A stretch of 64,000 nt of DNA from NCBI GenBank assembly GCA_020137815.1, contig CM035350.1, positions 10,168,001-10,232,000 on the forward strand, read 5' to 3'. This DNA is from Hormiphora californensis (Eukaryota > Animalia > Ctenophora). Shown here piece by piece: positions 59,470 through 64,000 of the stretch (positions are counted from its first letter, which is position 1; the number at the start of each line of letters is the position of its first letter). The notes below the pieces were generated by a model that was not told the origin of the DNA, did no database searches, and saw only the letters and a list, made by a program, of their open reading frames with translations. The position numbers and the translations under genes are program-made.

Positions 59470-62384
59470 ATGTGCACTCGATAATGAATAAAACGTCTGG
59501 GGTTATAGCGCATCTTGAAGACATGGAATGTGATATCTGTCTGATTCAGGAAACCTACTTGAAGACTAGTGATACCGCGAAACTTCAGGAGATAAGAGAC
59601 TATGGCTGGAATATTTTCTCATCCCCTAGGGCGGAGAGGGCAGGAGGCGGTATTGGGATACTCTACAGGGATGGAGTTAAGATGAAACTACCACCAGTGA
59701 GGAAATTTAAATCGTTCCAGATTCAGGAGATTTTAATTGGTAATGGAATGGACCTTACTCGGATATGTAATGTTTACAGACCGCCCTATACCGGTAAAGC
59801 TAGGTTCACTGAAGCGAAGTTCCTAGAGGAATTCACAGACTATCTCTCAGAGCTAGTATTGAAGACTGGTCTTCCCCTTATTATGGGAGACTTTAACTTT
59901 CAATGGCAGGATAGGGACAACTTCTACACTAAGAAGCTTGCTGAACTCCTGGACTCACATGAGTTTTCTCAGCTTGTCCCCAGGCAACCAACACACAACC
60001 GTGGAGGCACTCTTGACCTGGTTATATGTCCAAAGGAGGTAGAGGAGAAAGTTAAATCTGTGGAAATACATCCTGAGGGAACAGAGTCTGACCATTTTCT
60101 TGTTCTGAGTGAAGTCGTACTGGAGACTAAGGTTGGAAACCTACAGCAACGGGATCGAGTTAACACCTACAGAGACTTTAAATCAGTGGACCCGGTATTG
60201 TTCATGAGGGCCCTCAGAGGAAGTGGCCTTGAAGGACGGTTTGATTTGGATTCCCCAGATGATTTGTTTGAGATCTATGAAAGAGAACTGAAGGAGTTAG
60301 TAGATAGTTTTGTCCCTTTGAAGAGAAGAAAGAAAGTGAAAAAGGTTCGCCCGTGGAGAGACAATGATGATGTCAGGGATGCGCTAAGAAGACGTCGGAC
60401 TGCAGAGAGGACTTGGAGAAGCAAGAAGACGCCTGTTACGAAGATGCAGTATAACGTGATGAAGAAGATGTTTAGTAGAGTTGATAAGGAAGCGAGGACT
60501 AACTATCTGAAAGAAGATCTTGAAGAATCAAAAGGGGATTCCAAAGCGTTACAGAGGAAACTAAATCGACTACTTGGAAACAGTGAGGTGTTGTTGCCGG
60601 ATGTGGATTGTGATCGTAAACTGGCCGAGGATTTTGCGGACTTCTTTACTGGAAAAGTGGAAAAAATCAGGAACTCAGTGAAGGCAGATGTGGACTTTCC
60701 TGCGGAGGATGTGGACTCTCTTGTGGACCTGGATAAGGATTGTATTCTTGAGGAATTCAGGGAAGTCTCTGAGGATGAGATGAAGAGGATCATTAAGAAT
60801 ATGTCGGATAAAACGTGTGATCTTGATCTTATACCGACATGGTTGATCAAAGAGTGCGTGGAAGTTTTTGCTCCACTCTTTACTAAGATTATCAATTCTT
60901 CTATCCGTCAAGGTATTGTTCCAGAATTGTTCCAGCAAGCACTGGTTTTTCCAACTATCAAGAACCCCTATGGTGATCGTGATAGCCTTTCCAACTACCG
61001 TCCTGTGTCTAACCTTCCCTTTGTCTCTAAGGTTCTAGAGAAAGTTGTCCTTGATCAACTGAATCAGGCTCTGAATGAAAATGACCTACTCAACTCTCAC
61101 CAGTCAGGATATAGAGTTGGTCATTCCTGTGAAACTCTACTCATGGGGATGTTTGATGATCTACTGCAGGAGATGGATAAGGGAAATGTTGTAGCTCTAC
61201 TCCTTTTGGACATGAGTGCAGCGTTCGACACGGTTGACCATGCTAAACTTGTGGATGTTTTGAGAAGGAGATTTGGAATAAGAGGAACAGCACTCAAGTG
61301 GTTTACTAGCTATCTTGGACTGAGGAACTTCAGAGTCAACGTTAGAGGAGAACTATCGAAGATTATCTACTTGATTTGTGGAGTGCCACAAGGGTCCCTT
61401 CTCGGACCGGTTTTGTTTCTTTTATATGTTGAGGAACTACAGGATCTGGTACACAAGTATGGACTCAAAATCAAACTCTATGCGGATGACTCTCAAATCT
61501 ATGTGAGTCTAGTCCCTCTTGATGAAAGTGGATGGAGTATCACGAGGAGGAAAGTTGAAGAGTGTCTTGATCAGATCAAGACTTGGATGGTTCAGCATTG
61601 GCTGAAGTGTAATGAGTCGAAGACGGAGCTCCTTCTTCTAGGGAAGAGCAGTGCCATTGACAAGCTGGCTTTTGAGCCCTGTATTAGGTTTGGGGATGCA
61701 GAGATCTACCCAGTTGACTTCACAGGTACTACCGGAAAGACTCTGGGTATTTATATGGATGAGAACCTGACATTGGAACGTCAGGTGAACAGTGTCAGAA
61801 GAAACTGTGGAATGCTACTGAGGAATTTATGGCAAGTCCACCGATGCCTGGACTTCTCTACCAGAATCCTTCTTGTTAAGCAGCTGGTTATATCCCGCTT
61901 GGATTACTGCAATGTCCTCTACGGAGGTTTGCCAATGAAGCTCATCTCTCGGTTACAGAAAGTGCTCAACTCTTGTATAAGGTTTATCTATGGGCTCCAC
62001 GGTCATCAAGAGGACTACCTCCCTTACATGAGAGAAACCCACATTCTCCCTGTGGAGCAACGGGTGATCTTTAAGGCCTGTCTCATGGCCTATAAGATTG
62101 TACATGGAATTGCTCCAGATTACCTCATTGAGCAAATACCTACAGATATCGTTGATGTTACTTGCCGTACCAGATCGACTGCTGTTCCAGACCCTTATAA
62201 GCTCCAGTACCCGAAGCTGTCGAGCATTAATGCAAATTCTAAACTGAGGAAAAGGAGACCATCTGTTCTCCTGCCAGATCTGTGGAATGCACTCCCCCTT
62301 GAGTTGCGATCTCGGCCTGCTGTGGAATCTTTCAAAACGGGGTTAAAGACAAGATTGTTTGTGGATGCCTTTGGATCGGGCTAG
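59424..62384 (+). CDS. LINE ORF2 (AP endonuclease plus reverse transcriptase)
   Basis: GTLN, IQET, GGGIGI, VYRPP, MGDFN, TLDLV, SDH; NYRPVSNL, LLDMSAAFDTVDH, GVPQGSLLGP, YADD, SRLDYCN; no internal stop in 986 codons. Confidence 0.97.
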   Translation: MGGTEGKETWRVGTLNVHSIMNKTSGVIAHLEDMECDICLIQETYLKTSDTAKLQEIRDYGWNIFSSPRAERAGGGIGILYRDGVKMKLPPVRKFKSFQIQEILIGNGMDLTRICNVYRPPYTGKARFTEAKFLEEFTDYLSELVLKTGLPLIMGDFNFQWQDRDNFYTKKLAELLDSHEFSQLVPRQPTHNRGGTLDLVICPKEVEEKVKSVEIHPEGTESDHFLVLSEVVLETKVGNLQQRDRVNTYRDFKSVDPVLFMRALRGSGLEGRFDLDSPDDLFEIYERELKELVDSFVPLKRRKKVKKVRPWRDNDDVRDALRRRRTAERTWRSKKTPVTKMQYNVMKKMFSRVDKEARTNYLKEDLEESKGDSKALQRKLNRLLGNSEVLLPDVDCDRKLAEDFADFFTGKVEKIRNSVKADVDFPAEDVDSLVDLDKDCILEEFREVSEDEMKRIIKNMSDKTCDLDLIPTWLIKECVEVFAPLFTKIINSSIRQGIVPELFQQALVFPTIKNPYGDRDSLSNYRPVSNLPFVSKVLEKVVLDQLNQALNENDLLNSHQSGYRVGHSCETLLMGMFDDLLQEMDKGNVVALLLLDMSAAFDTVDHAKLVDVLRRRFGIRGTALKWFTSYLGLRNFRVNVRGELSKIIYLICGVPQGSLLGPVLFLLYVEELQDLVHKYGLKIKLYADDSQIYVSLVPLDESGWSITRRKVEECLDQIKTWMVQHWLKCNESKTELLLLGKSSAIDKLAFEPCIRFGDAEIYPVDFTGTTGKTLGIYMDENLTLERQVNSVRRNCGMLLRNLWQVHRCLDFSTRILLVKQLVISRLDYCNVLYGGLPMKLISRLQKVLNSCIRFIYGLHGHQEDYLPYMRETHILPVEQRVIFKACLMAYKIVHGIAPDYLIEQIPTDIVDVTCRTRSTAVPDPYKLQYPKLSSINANSKLRKRRPSVLLPDLWNALPLELRSRPAVESFKTGLKTRLFVDAFGSG

Positions 62385-63159
62385 TTTCGGTTGTTTTTCC
62401 TTTTTCCAGCCTACATCTTTTCTCGGTACCTACTCCTCTCATCCCGCTGTACTGTCTAGCGTAAGTATTGTACTTAGGTCTGTATCTTACCTCGTGACAA
62501 GTTTTTAACTGATCTTTATTCGATGGGTTTGCAGCATGAGTGAAGCACGAGTGTGTAATTTTATTCCGATTTTCAGTTATCCAGTTGTTCAGAATCTGTT
62601 GTCTGAACATTTGATCTGTGTCTATATTTGGAGTGATGAAGTGACAGTGGTGACATATATCCTGTGGCCTTTTTTCGAGTTTTTTCTATTTTAGTCTGTT
62701 ATGAGCCTAATCTGTTTTCCACTTATGTGAGCCGGATAATTTGGATTTTTCCACCGTTTTTTTGTTTGAGTCTCTATATTTGGGTTAAGAGTTAGTTAAC
62801 TGCTCTGAGTTTCCTCCAGTGGCAGCATCTGTAAAGCTCTGCTGTCCCTGTAGAATATGGGCAGGATATAAGTTTGAATATTATTATTATTATTATTATT
62901 ATAGCAGGCCAATTGTAAAACACAGATTAGCATATAAGTCCAAATTAAGAGCTCTCTCTCTAATATGGCGTTAATAGCTGAACGATACCTAAAAGCAAAA
63001 CAATTCTCCAATGAATTTAAATTACTTCGCAAGTTTTCCTGCTATATGGATGATATAAATGGTTCTCACTGGAAACATTAAATCATTACTATAAAGGGGC
63101 CAGCTAAAACAAAACTCTTTTGTTTTAGACACACGAGGAAAAAGAAGGAGAGAAAGAGA

Positions 63160-63230
<71 letters not shown>

Positions 63231-64000
63231 TGTGTGTGTGTGAGAGAGATAGACTGAGTGCATAAATTATGATGTAAGTCCCATTTACAACCTTAATTAT
63301 AAGCCACAGACACACGGGCCGGGTTAATGAACCAACGTTAAAGCCCGGTCATTATAAACCAACGTTTGGTTGGGGTAAAATTCACGTGCCTTTGGAGGAA
63401 CAGGCCAGAAATTGTTACAGTCGGACCCCGATTTAATAAAACGTGATTTACTTCTTAAGGTTTTAACGATTAACATGATACCTAAAGCTAACTTTTTAAC
63501 CATTTTCCGTATCTAGATATCGATTTACTGGAAGAAAAGTCTTTATGAAGAGTTAGATAGATGCAATAAGACATTTCTCTGATTAACTGTCGACGATAAA
63601 ATCTAAATTTGAAGTTACCAGTAATTTGGCAAATGATTTTAGATTAATCTTAATTACCGGACCGTACAAGTCATAAACGGAAGAAAATAAAGCGCTTGTT
63701 CAAATACTCTGGAAAGTGAAAGGGAAGACTCAAGCGTAAAATTTCACATTTTGGGACTGAAATGCACCGCGGGTCGACTGATTCAAGAAGAATAGTTACA
63801 CAACACATGTTGTACCTGCTAGCGTGTTCTGTAAATGTACTAATTCATTACACACCAGCATGTACACATGTGATGCCCATTATAGTCATTGCCATGATTA
63901 ATATACCATCCACTAAAGACCATCTAGAATGGAAGGGTTTTGTGAACAGTGCCATTGCAGACAAATAACTTTGATAAGTACTTAAAAAGGTAAATAAACT

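Larger units (their letters stand above)
58085..62902 (+). mobile_element. Near full-length APE-type LINE (L2/CR1 group); 5' boundary approximate
   Basis: ORF1 with zinc knuckles, intact ORF2, ~500-bp 3' UTR and (TTA)n tail ~62880-62902. Confidence 0.93.

Overview
Gene-dense eukaryotic genomic DNA with short GT-AG introns, many microsatellites and many MITEs. The repeat families, intronless lineage-type GPCR and nested intronic genes suggest a ctenophore, Pleurobrachia-like (inference from recall, not a search). Genes in order: CIMAP2/LEXM-like (+), KIF9 (+), a 7-unit polyubiquitin with an intron in every unit (-) head-to-head with ZFAND4 (+), an intronless type I membrane receptor (-) head-to-head with HAGH (+), an unassigned ORF, HEATR1/UTP10 (+) hosting two same-strand nested genes (a GPCR and a secreted lectin/Cys-repeat/Ig protein), an ankyrin-repeat gene (-), and a near-intact LINE. 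Most unusual: (1) the receptor's TAA sits exactly on the first Tyr of an ITAM/ITIM-like tail that stays open 51 codons; (2) tandem arrays repeatedly amplify functional junctions, including 22 complete 3' splice sites in HEATR1; (3) an A_AAA_AAC heptamer in the LINE ORF1/ORF2 overlap; (4) a permuted papain-fold ORF inside a HAGH intron. Some stretches look like noisy consensus, so single-base frameshifts and stops may be assembly errors. Exon coordinates were read by eye.
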